From Bacilli bacterium (GTDB taxonomy: Bacteria > Bacillota_I > Bacilli_A > RFN20 > CAG-826): 64,000 nt of DNA. Positions within the stretch are counted from its first letter, which is position 1, and each line of letters opens with the position of its first letter. The translations under genes were made by a program, and so were the position numbers. Where the stretch lies: positions 5,734-69,733 of the forward strand of contig JAXFZD010000021.1 of the NCBI GenBank assembly GCA_034185265.1. Reading direction: 5' to 3'. Below the pieces are notes generated by a model. It saw only the letters and a list, made by a program, of their open reading frames with translations, was not told the DNA's origin and did not search any database. Of the stretch, positions 21,201 through 29,242 are shown piece after piece.

Positions 21201-21884
21201 TTCTTCTTCTAGTTCAGAAGAAACAGAAACAGGATCTTCTATATCGCTAGATTGAGTTAAAGTTTCAAGTATATCGTGGATAAAGGAATCTAAATTTCCA
21301 TATTCAAACCAATAAACTCCTCCTGTAACAGGGTCAATTGATTGGTTATTTATTGTTGTATCTGCGGATTCTAAGCTGGCTTTATAAGCAAAATCATATT
21401 TATCTTGGTTATTTTCGATGTTTGCGATTCTAAAGTAGAGTTCGTCATCAGATAAAGTTAAAGCTAGTTCTCTAGAAATTCCGTTATAAGAAATTGGTGC
21501 ATCTAAACAAACTTTCAAATCATGGACGGAGAATCCATCTAAGCAAAGAACACCTGTAGTTCCTTGGAAATCGATAACATTCTCTCCTGTTTTTGAGGAA
21601 TCGCTAGAAGTAAATGAAAGAGTTCCATAATCTATATCGAATCTAAGTCCGCCATTAGTGATGTTAACTAGGCTACTAATAAATTTCGTTCTGCTTTGTA
21701 AAGTGTCTGGAACATCAGCAAACTTATCAGTGTCATATTCATTGTTAAGATTTTGATTTGTAATTTCTGGATTATTAGCTTCGTTTATGTCTGGTTTAAC
21801 CGAGCAAGAAAAAAGCATTGCTGAAATTAGTGCCAAAAGCACTAATCCTTGTGAATGAATTTTTTTCTTAAATAAGTTTCTCAT
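18213..21884 (-). CDS. large (1223 aa) lipoprotein, paralog of the 22739..26791 product
   Basis: Signal peptide with Cys (LALISAMLFSCSV). Co-linear similarity to the 1350-aa protein (see findings). Beta-rich and N/S/T-rich. No known domain recognised. Confidence 0.8.
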   Translation of the reverse strand: MRNLFKKKIHSQGLVLLALISAMLFSCSVKPDINEANNPEITNQNLNNEYDTDKFADVPDTLQSRTKFISSLVNITNGGLRFDIDYGTLSFTSSDSSKTGENVIDFQGTTGVLCLDGFSVHDLKVCLDAPISYNGISRELALTLSDDELYFRIANIENNQDKYDFAYKASLESADTTINNQSIDPVTGGVYWFEYGNLDSFIHDILETLTQSSDIEDPVSVSSELEEESTSVFNTSKLFASFDSIVETRIGGKPYFSMEIENNDNTYTIGFLTENDYSLSRVDFPAINNGIQDECTLKDNLKLKLQASITSANTLPSFVVEDAANYRDITDSTALFKKIAKYINLKKFNVEADINFIHKEAAITDPDKTNHPAVDETVNVTLNSSINLSSNNIDDLGALATLKSFDGSNNLKYSQFLNLFYDKSSAEANDANNEYLINYNDIAQVKTSKTVVDAIFENLSAILDDENIHNENLSDLISLADYVFKGIEAITDSSLVTNMKEGKYHDILDMVTTLVNGNNYLKVELSLANAGLEGSVVIELKDVSESGPLVVITFPDGVALHGSSEKATLGIRGEIKVVPYNKVQNNYDVSSYVEMSHLEGVSDQLRLLTKSTRASFTLRGYILKDKLNDVGTSQAFSNITEPKYNNKTLQGFTFNGNFAFDLLAKKGAGSVVFTDRKEEYRNDHTLKIDIEGDEVEGETDDENTANFNNMLFEYNSKNVNTTLKSKSASGYDSGYTYTDSDGKTRTEPHKSAMKGRFSIHSLNGILDVVRSFQDQDDGRLNRLFSLLSNSNSLLSEILDRQYATLLTRPMIHSIQIGSNNVDTILIEPWVAGSDGYITVKIGFDSSYDPESSDQTKLSTAGIKSLIISLATGGDSDGSNKKHIYLELDVTKVLGENEQIQMNFAGQSKSNFSDYSSFKQLGQYALDTFYLGLDTADFSTYHINGSATLSASIFGNFNIRLDFYLWLKGSEIYLYGLIDVDCVYLLGYGNFDDNHSTMKHYSSIFAHFTGNSDTDKVILQRVDYYTTMRMLVLNYHNYRTYTEKMTSAHFKDNLLQWLLKFMLGFNNKTYDAMSLDEASPSSLHGEDMITSFTYNSSDKSWNIGLGVDALAHSSALSTLNAKLGTKALSNGKRVLYSLATTESMSIVSILGVTFSITIKNLETGTYKNCYDNTSYKATYYKPTNSTKNKNTLTISGTDTFKNIMKTYFTNNTSAVTNSTPYAYK

Positions 21885-21956
21885 ATCAAAACCCGGTTAA
21901 TTATTTCATAATTAATAAAGAATGTATTCTATTTCAATCTAACAAGATTAAAGAAA

Positions 21957-21981
21957 ACTATTCTCTAAACAAGAGAATAGT
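21957..21981 (-). terminator. hairpin ACTATTCTC-N7-GAGAATAGT followed by a T-rich tract (terminator and/or operator)
   Basis: Perfect 9-bp inverted repeat with a 7-nt loop, followed on the minus strand by TTTCTTTAAT. It lies between the XRE-TM gene stop (22018) and the 1223-aa gene start (21884). Confidence 0.45.
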
Positions 21982-22017
21982 CTATTTTTAAAAAAGAGGC
22001 GACCCGTATATGCGTTT

Positions 22018-22650
22018 TTATCTTTTGAAGTGATAATTTTTCGCAAGAATTAATATGACTTGTAGAGGAGCTCCTACTGCCATCAGGAACCAAACATTCT
22101 CTGGTGGATCGACAAAATATGCCATTTGGAAACCAAAACAAATTAAGAAAGTCCAAACAAAGGCAGATAAAAGTACTATTACGGCAATCTTATTGTGATA
22201 CATAATGTGTGTTAAGAATGCGGCAACTAAACAGCAAACAGGAACTACCCAGAAGAAGATATTCCACATTAATCTATTTTCATTTGGCTTGAAATAGTAG
22301 TCTGAAAAGAAGACACAGAACGCAACTAAAAGGATGAACATCATACTCATAGCAAGTACAACTGCCTTGTTAGTATTACTTCTTGCCATGTCTCTTTTAT
22401 CTACTTCTACAACTTTAACAATATCTTCCTGAGTTTGTTCTTTAACTAGATAATCGATTGTAACATCGTAATATAAAGCAAAATCTTTTAGGACATCTAC
22501 AGCAGGGATAGCATAGCCTAATTCCCATTTAGAAATAGATTTATCTGAATAATTGATTTCTCTTGCTAAATCTTGTTGAGTTAATCCTTTTGCTTTTCTT
22601 AAAGAGGCAAGGTTTTTACCGATAATTTGAGCTAGATTTTCATTTTCCAT
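22018..22650 (-). CDS. membrane-embedded XRE-family HTH regulator
   Basis: N-terminal HTH_3 (IGKNLASLRKAKGLTQQDLAREINYSDKSISKWELGYAIPAVDVL) followed by four hydrophobic helices. Confidence 0.8.
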   Translation of the reverse strand: MENENLAQIIGKNLASLRKAKGLTQQDLAREINYSDKSISKWELGYAIPAVDVLKDFALYYDVTIDYLVKEQTQEDIVKVVEVDKRDMARSNTNKAVVLAMSMMFILLVAFCVFFSDYYFKPNENRLMWNIFFWVVPVCCLVAAFLTHIMYHNKIAVIVLLSAFVWTFLICFGFQMAYFVDPPENVWFLMAVGAPLQVILILAKNYHFKR

Positions 22651-22685
22651 GGAGACATTTTAATACTATTGTTTTTCTTTAGAAA

Positions 22686-22718
22686 GAAAAAAGTTGGACC
22701 AACATAGTCAATCCAACT
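22686..22718 (-). terminator. putative terminator after the 1350-aa gene
   Basis: On the minus strand: AGTTGGA-(13 nt)-TCCAACT followed by TTTTTTCTTTC. Confidence 0.45.
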
Positions 22719-22738
22719 TAATTTATTTTGATTAAGAA

Positions 22739-25700
22739 TTAGAGAGCGTAAGCTCCAAATCCAACGTAGAGGTTGTAATCGTTGTTGAGGATGGAGTTAG
22801 CGGTGTAGTTCTTATAACCTACGAATCCGCAACCAGCTTTTTCATCTTCTTCGGTCCAAGAATCTGTGTATCCATTGATCTTATCAACATTCTTAAGGCC
22901 TAAGGAAATGTTAACAGCAGCAAGCTTAATTCCATGTCCTTGATCAGAATTTCCTAATTTAACATTAGCGCCAATATCGAGTTTGGAGATAGTGGAGAAG
23001 GTGTCTCCTTTTAATCCTGATAAACCGATATGGACTGTGTCAAGAAGGTATTCCATATGGAGTAACTTACCTAAATTCACTGACAAATCCCACTTGGATT
23101 CACCGATTTCGTTTTCTTGGAGGTTTTCTTCTCCATCAACGAAGGTGTAGGAGAGCTCACAGTCTTCTAAGTGTAAAGCTTCTTTAGCAAATGGATTCCA
23201 ACCAGATTTTTCTTCTGCTTGTTCTTCAACAGGTTCTGCAACTGGTTCAGCTGGTTCAGCTTCTTCTTCAGTAGCGAAGTATCTAGTATCGACACCAACC
23301 ATGTATTGTAATAAGTATTCAAGAGGATGTTCACCGAATTCGGCGCCAGTTAAAGTGAGAGTATCTCTAACGTCTCTAACTTTTCCGTAGTCAGATTCTC
23401 TTGTGAGGAATAATTCTCCACCTTCTTCAGTGTTAGATGGAACAAGAATTTCTTCTTCATTTTGTCCATTCATTGTAGTGACAACGCTATGAGCATCGTA
23501 ATAAGCATGGACATCATGATTTCCTTCTTCTTCAAGTGCTCTAAAGTAGATATCTGAATCTGGAGCATTGAGGCCTTTAATGGCTGGAAGAAGCATAGAA
23601 GCATGTAATTTAGTGGATGAAGAACCAATGTTTGTCTTTAAGGAAGCATTGATTAAGTCAATTTCGTGTTGGAATAAAGTGACAGAAGCATTTAATCCAA
23701 AGTCAAATGTAGTTGGAGTAGCAGAGTTATTTTCGCCCATCATTAATCCATTGGCGGCATAAGACATTAATCTATCAACACCTTTAATTTCCTTCATTCC
23801 TTCTGTATCTAAAGAAACGAATGTTTCATTTGGATCAAGTTCGTTTAAGTTAATCTTTAAATCAACTTCAAGAGGTTTAGCGGATTCTTTAGAAGCATTA
23901 GCAATATTAACGCCAATGTAAGCAAGTCCGTTTCCGTTGTAAGTATTTTCTACTTCACTATTATCATTTAAATATGTATTAGTGTTTTCTTCGTCGATAG
24001 CTTTGGCTGGCTTATCGGTTTGATAACCTAAAGAGACAATGATATCAGAAGAAGTACCAAATACTTGTTTATTGAGTCTGAATGAAGATTCTTCGTCACC
24101 AATAGAGGCTTCGAGGAGTAATTGATTTTCGAATAATCTAAATAAATAAGGATCATCTTGAACTTCGCTTTCACCAAGTCCACCAAGTAAGTTACCTAAT
24201 GATGGTTCAAGGATAGCCCATGTGAACTTACCAAAGAAGGAAACTCTATCTTTGAATTCTTGTTGAGTTAAAACATCTTTAACTTCGGTAAATACGCTAG
24301 AGAATGAAGAGTAGTCAAGTTTAGCAGCAATACCGTTTTGATTGACTGGGTTTGTAGCAACTTTTCCATCTTCTCTATAAAGTTTAGAATCTTCTAAATC
24401 TGTTGGATTTTCGTGCAATTCCCCGTTATTTGTATCGTATTTGAAAGCAACATATTGATTTCTATCAACTATTTCGTTTTCTTCATCGACTGTCTTTTCG
24501 TTGACGACATCGAAAGCCACATTATGTTTTTGAGCATAGTTTTCAGCAATGTGGTCGATAGAAAGAGCAGCTCTTCCTTTACCTTCATTTTTAGCCCAGG
24601 TAAATGCAGCTTCACCTTCAATCTTAACTCCAGTGGTTTCTTGTTCATATTCATCTTTATTCATGATAGAACCTTCGATTCCAATAGAGACAGCTTCGTC
24701 ATCAACTATTTCTTTAACTTGATCATAGATGCCTAAGATGTGATTCATAGAATCATAGGAAGCAATTTCTTCTTCAGTTAAGAAGACTTTATCGCTTTGT
24801 CCTAATTCATTAATTAAGATAGAACCATCGAGTTGGACTAAGTCAAATCTAACTCCTCTGAAGTTAAGTCCGACTAAACCTTTAGAATCGCTTCTTGCAT
24901 CAATAGCAAGTTCGATTTCTCCAGGAAGACCTAAGTAATTTAAATCTAAGACAATGTGTAAATAGTTATCATCGTTTTGAATAGTTTTGATTAAATCTAA
25001 TGCAGATCCGAAAGTCATTTGTTTGACATCTTGAATAAATGGAGAGTCAATGATGTTCTTTACGGCATCTTTAATATCGCTGACTAAAATAAAGTTTTTA
25101 GCAACAATTTCAATAACTTTCTTAGCTGTATCTAAGAGTTTATCTGTATCAATTGTGGATTCAGAAGTAGTGGATTCTTCTTCAGAACTTGAACTGATGA
25201 GATTTTTAATTCTTGCATATAATTCATCAATAGTTAATTTGTTGGTTTTTGCTTTTAAAACATCATTAATGTTAATGAATGCACCAGTAGAAGCAGCAAA
25301 TTCTTTAGATTCGTTAACAGTTTGGAATCTTCTATCATAGTTGACTCCTAAAGCAGCTCTTGAAACTAAATCATTTAAATCTTCATCTTGATATTTACTT
25401 TCAAATTCAAGACCTAATCCTAAACCTTCAAGAGAATATTTCTTTCCAAATTTAGCATTAACATTTAAGTCTAAGGTAGCAGTTTCTTGTGGGACATAAG
25501 CAACTGTATCGCCATGGAAAGAAGTTCTCTTATAATGAGTTAATAAGAGACCTTTCTTATCTTCATCACCTTCAGTATGCAATGTTTTTAATGCAAAAGA
25601 AGGGGATTTTGCAAGCTTTGCGATTCTTTCCCATAAATCCATAGAGTCTTCAAGAGCTCTATAAGAATCTTTATCAGCAGGAGCCATGATTAAGTTGTTA

Positions 25701-26791
25701 TTGGAACTTGAGATGTTGCTAACATCAGCAGATAAAGCAATTTTAGCAACTGTTTTTGTATCAGCTCCTTCACCTTTTGTAATAACTAAAGGATCAACTT
25801 CAGCTGCACCAGTTGGATTTGCTGGAAGATCAATTTTAGTTAAGTTATAAGAAGTATCTGTTCCTAAACCAACGGATAAATCAAGGCTTCCTAATTCAAG
25901 ATTTAATGTGAAATAGTGGCCTGTGTCGGTGTTAGTTTCAACCATGTGATTAAGAGAATCTAACATTCCATCGAGATCTAATCCTGAAGATTCAGTATCA
26001 GATTCTTCTTCGGAAGATTCTTCGCTGCTTCCATTAATTAAATCAAATAAGGAAGGAATAGTAATATCCATACCATTTCCATCTTCATTAGAATTTAAAA
26101 TTGTAAGGATTGTATCGATAATTTCGTCAAGAGAACCAAATTCATAGATTTGTTTACCACCAGTGATTTCATCGTAAACACTAACGAATTCTTGAGCGGT
26201 TTCATCCCAAACAAGCATTTCCTTCTCTTTAATAGAAGTTTTGTATTTTAAATCCCAGACTTGTTCTGCTTCAGCAGTGTCTTTAATAGGATTAGTTAAG
26301 CCAATGTAAGCCTCATCATCAACTAATGTGACTTTAAGATTTCTTTCGTGTGCATAACCTGTTGTTGGGTTATATTTTAAGTTTGCATCTAAATCAAGAT
26401 TAATGGAGTGAATAATCTTCATATCGGTAGAGGATAAGTTTCCAATTTGTAACTTTAAGTCAATTCCCCCGTTAGTTCCGTTAGTAATTGTATTCATTCC
26501 TTCACCTTTACCTGGAATTTCAACTTTAAATGTGTGAACGTTAAGATTTAATCCGCCAACGATTCCTTCTTGTAAGTTATTTACTAATCTTGCAGAACCT
26601 GAAAGAGTTGGGGTAGAAGGAACATAATTTTCTTCTTCATCTTCTTCGTTAACTACAGCTGGAAGACTATCTTGAGGTAAACCAAAATAAACTCCTGCGG
26701 CAGTTACACCAAATAAAGCTACAAACAATCCAGTTTTAGCTAAGGTTTTCTTCAATTTATTGTGTTTTTTCTCGGTATTGCTATTTTTCAT
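22739..26791 (-). CDS. large (1350 aa) signal-anchored extracytoplasmic protein, paralog of the 18213..21884 product
   Basis: One N-terminal TM helix (GLFVALFGVTAAGVYFG). S/E-rich linkers (SSEESSEEESDTESSG, SSSEEESTTSEST) and a PAEP-type acidic stretch near the C-terminus. RBS GGAGG at 26800-26804, 2 nt after the upstream stop. Confidence 0.8.
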   Translation of the reverse strand: MKNSNTEKKHNKLKKTLAKTGLFVALFGVTAAGVYFGLPQDSLPAVVNEEDEEENYVPSTPTLSGSARLVNNLQEGIVGGLNLNVHTFKVEIPGKGEGMNTITNGTNGGIDLKLQIGNLSSTDMKIIHSINLDLDANLKYNPTTGYAHERNLKVTLVDDEAYIGLTNPIKDTAEAEQVWDLKYKTSIKEKEMLVWDETAQEFVSVYDEITGGKQIYEFGSLDEIIDTILTILNSNEDGNGMDITIPSLFDLINGSSEESSEEESDTESSGLDLDGMLDSLNHMVETNTDTGHYFTLNLELGSLDLSVGLGTDTSYNLTKIDLPANPTGAAEVDPLVITKGEGADTKTVAKIALSADVSNISSSNNNLIMAPADKDSYRALEDSMDLWERIAKLAKSPSFALKTLHTEGDEDKKGLLLTHYKRTSFHGDTVAYVPQETATLDLNVNAKFGKKYSLEGLGLGLEFESKYQDEDLNDLVSRAALGVNYDRRFQTVNESKEFAASTGAFININDVLKAKTNKLTIDELYARIKNLISSSSEEESTTSESTIDTDKLLDTAKKVIEIVAKNFILVSDIKDAVKNIIDSPFIQDVKQMTFGSALDLIKTIQNDDNYLHIVLDLNYLGLPGEIELAIDARSDSKGLVGLNFRGVRFDLVQLDGSILINELGQSDKVFLTEEEIASYDSMNHILGIYDQVKEIVDDEAVSIGIEGSIMNKDEYEQETTGVKIEGEAAFTWAKNEGKGRAALSIDHIAENYAQKHNVAFDVVNEKTVDEENEIVDRNQYVAFKYDTNNGELHENPTDLEDSKLYREDGKVATNPVNQNGIAAKLDYSSFSSVFTEVKDVLTQQEFKDRVSFFGKFTWAILEPSLGNLLGGLGESEVQDDPYLFRLFENQLLLEASIGDEESSFRLNKQVFGTSSDIIVSLGYQTDKPAKAIDEENTNTYLNDNSEVENTYNGNGLAYIGVNIANASKESAKPLEVDLKINLNELDPNETFVSLDTEGMKEIKGVDRLMSYAANGLMMGENNSATPTTFDFGLNASVTLFQHEIDLINASLKTNIGSSSTKLHASMLLPAIKGLNAPDSDIYFRALEEEGNHDVHAYYDAHSVVTTMNGQNEEEILVPSNTEEGGELFLTRESDYGKVRDVRDTLTLTGAEFGEHPLEYLLQYMVGVDTRYFATEEEAEPAEPVAEPVEEQAEEKSGWNPFAKEALHLEDCELSYTFVDGEENLQENEIGESKWDLSVNLGKLLHMEYLLDTVHIGLSGLKGDTFSTISKLDIGANVKLGNSDQGHGIKLAAVNISLGLKNVDKINGYTDSWTEEDEKAGCGFVGYKNYTANSILNNDYNLYVGFGAYAL

Positions 26792-26806
26792 AATTTAAAC
26801 CTCCAA

Positions 26807-27778
26807 TTATTTAAAATATTCTGAGTAAGCAATCGTTTCATTTAAGCTCGGAATTTTGTAAGCTTCCGAATCAGTAGAATATGTGTAATATTTTGTACTA
26901 AGTGATGCTGTCATCTTGGCTCCTATGCCAGCCGCTTGCTCAGCAAAATATGACTCATATACCACCGAATCTACGAAATTTAGATCAAAATCGAGATTAA
27001 ATGTAAGATGGCAATAGTAGAAACTTGGTAATGAGGCAAGTCCTGAAATAGATTTCATCTGTAATCTATAGGTAGAGACGCCTTTGTCATCACCGGGATT
27101 AAGCTCAATTTCAACTTGATAACCTTTTGAAGTTTTTGAAGCTGATGTAACTCCTCTTCCTGAAAGGTTGTTACTCTTCAAACAAGTTTTTTTAGAAATT
27201 ATGTAGGAAGATGGTGTAGAAACGTTTCTTCCCATAAGTTCTTTGTAACTTTTTGCATCATAGGTCTTAGGGGTGACTGCAGAATAATTTGCTGAACCTC
27301 CCCAGTAAGTTGTGGTGGTATCACCTTCTTGATACATACGATCATAGAGGTTGATTAAGCCAGTAGAGATTGATTCCTCAAAGTATTTGTCGTTATTCTT
27401 TGCAAATGATGCGTAGATTGCTTGGTTAGCAATAGATGCATTAGTGTAACCAACTCCTACTGAGAAATAATTTCTAGAGGAAGTGAACTTTTCCATGGCA
27501 ACATCAATCATTTCCCATGGTCTAAGTTGTTCGTGAAGATTGCTAGCGTTTTTGACACTGTTGTATTTAGCCATTACTTCATCAATGTCATCAACAAGTT
27601 CATTTCTATCAACAACGACATTTGAACCCTTAACAACTTTGAAGAAATTGGCTGCAACAATACCAACGCCAACGCCAAAACCAATAACGACAGCACCGAT
27701 AATGCAATCTTTTATGATTACACGCTTCTTGCTGCGTTTTGATTTGTCAACACTTCTTCTTCCAAAATTATCTGGCAT
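26807..27778 (-). CDS. signal-anchored extracytoplasmic protein (~323 aa), first gene of the island
   Basis: Basic N-terminus plus one TM helix (IIGAVVIGFGVGVGIVAANFF). Start chosen at ATG 27778 behind AAGGGAG; the track's 27805 is an alternative. No known domain recognised. Confidence 0.7.
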   Translation of the reverse strand: MPDNFGRRSVDKSKRSKKRVIIKDCIIGAVVIGFGVGVGIVAANFFKVVKGSNVVVDRNELVDDIDEVMAKYNSVKNASNLHEQLRPWEMIDVAMEKFTSSRNYFSVGVGYTNASIANQAIYASFAKNNDKYFEESISTGLINLYDRMYQEGDTTTTYWGGSANYSAVTPKTYDAKSYKELMGRNVSTPSSYIISKKTCLKSNNLSGRGVTSASKTSKGYQVEIELNPGDDKGVSTYRLQMKSISGLASLPSFYYCHLTFNLDFDLNFVDSVVYESYFAEQAAGIGAKMTASLSTKYYTYSTDSEAYKIPSLNETIAYSEYFK

Positions 27779-27863
27779 TTTTCCCGCTCCCTTGAGCGGT
27801 AACATTTTAAAAGAATCATTGTCAATGTCACTCTATTAGCGTGTATCCGCACGTTAGAAAGCC

Positions 27864-27882
27864 ATTCTCTAATTTAGAGAAT
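27864..27882. promoter_or_regulatory. perfect palindrome ATTCTCTAA-T-TTAGAGAAT (candidate operator)
   Basis: 19-bp dyad located 59-86 nt upstream of the two candidate starts of the first island gene. It shares the ATTCTC-N7-GAGAAT core with 21960..21978. Confidence 0.4.
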
Positions 27883-28140
27883 TTAATTTATTCGATAGTT
27901 ACTGAACTTTTTAGGTATTAAATTAACAACTATCATTTCAGTAGAATTTATGAAAACGCTTACAAAGAATTGACTTTCGCACAAAAAAAGAATCTGAAGA
28001 AGAAATAATACAAGCTTTTTGATTGACAAATCTATCGACTAAAAATCACCTTATCCTTATATATATAAATATACAAAGCATTTTTTAGGGATTTTAAAAT
28101 GACAAAAAACAAGTTATAATATGTGCGTTAAAGTGGCTAT

Positions 28141-28626
28141 ATGTTTAAATTAAAGGATTACGTGTTTCATACGCACTGTGGTGTATGTTTAGTCACCGAT
28201 ATTGCTCCTCTTCCAGGAGATAATAGCGGAAACCTTTACTACGTCCTTAGGCCTTTATACGGCGATGATAAAGGAAATATAGTCAGAGTTTTAGTCAAAA
28301 ACAGTTCTTCTTTAAGAGAACCATATACAAAAAAAGATATCTTAAAAATGATCGAAAGCTGGCCTTCTATTAAACAAGATTTATATATTGTTGATTCAAA
28401 AAGAAGAAAAACGTGCTACGAATCTGTTCTTTCTACAGGAAATGTAAATGAGATGGGGCCTCTTATTTATGGGGCAAAGCAACGTAAAGCAAAGGATGGC
28501 CATCTTAATGCTATGGATGCAATGTTTGTTTCTAGAGCGGAACCAATCCTTTATGGAAGTGTTGCGCTTGCTCTTAAGCTTAAATTCGAAGACGTACCCG
28601 CTTATTTAGAAGAAAAACTAAGTTAA
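28141..28626 (+). CDS. CarD/CdnL-family RNA-polymerase-binding regulator
   Basis: The N-terminus MFKLKDYVFHTHCGVCLVTDI...YYVLRP resembles the CarD_CdnL_TRCF domain. The 161-aa size is typical. Confidence 0.65.
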   Translation: MFKLKDYVFHTHCGVCLVTDIAPLPGDNSGNLYYVLRPLYGDDKGNIVRVLVKNSSSLREPYTKKDILKMIESWPSIKQDLYIVDSKRRKTCYESVLSTGNVNEMGPLIYGAKQRKAKDGHLNAMDAMFVSRAEPILYGSVALALKLKFEDVPAYLEEKLS

Positions 28627-28641
28627 AAAAGCATAAAAAAA

Positions 28642-28670
28642 CTCAGCAATTAATGAAGCTGAGATTTTTT
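28642..28670. terminator. bidirectional rho-independent terminator
   Basis: AAAAAA-CTCAGC-(10 nt)-GCTGAG-ATTTTTT between convergent genes. Confidence 0.7.
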
Positions 28671-28678
28671 AATGCTAA

Positions 28679-29131
28679 TTAGTTATCTTTCTTTACTGTG
28701 CCGTAAAGACATAAGACAGCACCAATAAAGGAGAAAATTGCTGATAAAATTGGACCAGCTCCAAGATTTCCTAAACCTGGGCTTGTTGTAAGAGCATCAA
28801 GTCCGTAGGCTTTTGTAACAATTCCCTTGGTATTAAGGAATATAATTCCTGCTGCAACAAGTAAGCCAAATGTTAAGAAGAAAAGAACTCTAGAAATAAG
28901 TCCTGGCATAAATGAAGCAATCAATCCAAGTCCAATTGCAGAAACAATGAATGAGAATGCAACTATAAGTAGTGGAATTGCAGGTTGATGGAGAACACTA
29001 GCTCCAAACATAATTTGGAATGTGTTTCCTCTTTCTGGTTGTGAAAACCCATTGGCAAATAATACAAAAACAGCTACCATAGCCATTAAGGCTGCACCAA
29101 TTCCAATTAATAAACGTACTTTATTCTTCAT
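28679..29131 (-). CDS. small integral membrane protein (4 TM)
   Basis: 150 aa and hydrophobic throughout. RBS GGAAGG. Confidence 0.6.
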   Translation of the reverse strand: MKNKVRLLIGIGAALMAMVAVFVLFANGFSQPERGNTFQIMFGASVLHQPAIPLLIVAFSFIVSAIGLGLIASFMPGLISRVLFFLTFGLLVAAGIIFLNTKGIVTKAYGLDALTTSPGLGNLGAGPILSAIFSFIGAVLCLYGTVKKDN

Positions 29132-29242
29132 AATATAAACCTTCCGAGTAGATAATATACCCTAATCAAAGGTTATGAGCAATATTTTTAATATTTATAT
29201 TAATTAAAAAAATTATTTGTGTAATAATAATAAAAGAAAATT

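Noticed and set aside
21965-22156. 63-aa minus-strand ORF spanning the 3' end of the XRE-TM gene and the downstream hairpin
   Set aside because: It overlaps the better-supported regulator gene out of frame, and it runs through the inverted repeat and terminator.
22739-23300. Locally higher GC (~45% by eye against ~30% nearby) at the 3' end of the 1350-aa gene, considered as a horizontal-transfer signal
   Set aside because: The rest of the gene (~38% in sampled stretches) resembles its paralog. The local rise coincides with a Gly/Ala/Pro/Glu-rich protein segment. No mobility genes or direct repeats flank it.
23568-25340. Plus-strand ORFs inside the 1350-aa gene (23568..23762, 24413..24736, 25050..25340) and the nested minus-strand ORF 24469..24654
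   Set aside because: They are short, out of frame or antisense to a 4-kb uninterrupted ORF, and have no RBS. The same reasoning applies to 34822..35223 and 35908..36216 inside the 2348-aa gene.
27883-28140. The 335-bp intergenic region between the island and the CarD-like gene, examined for an sRNA, small ORF or clear promoters
   Set aside because: It holds only a 7-codon ORF. The TTGACA at ~28022 and the TATAAT at ~28118 are not at compatible spacing. No conserved-looking structure is present apart from the dyad and small hairpin reported above.
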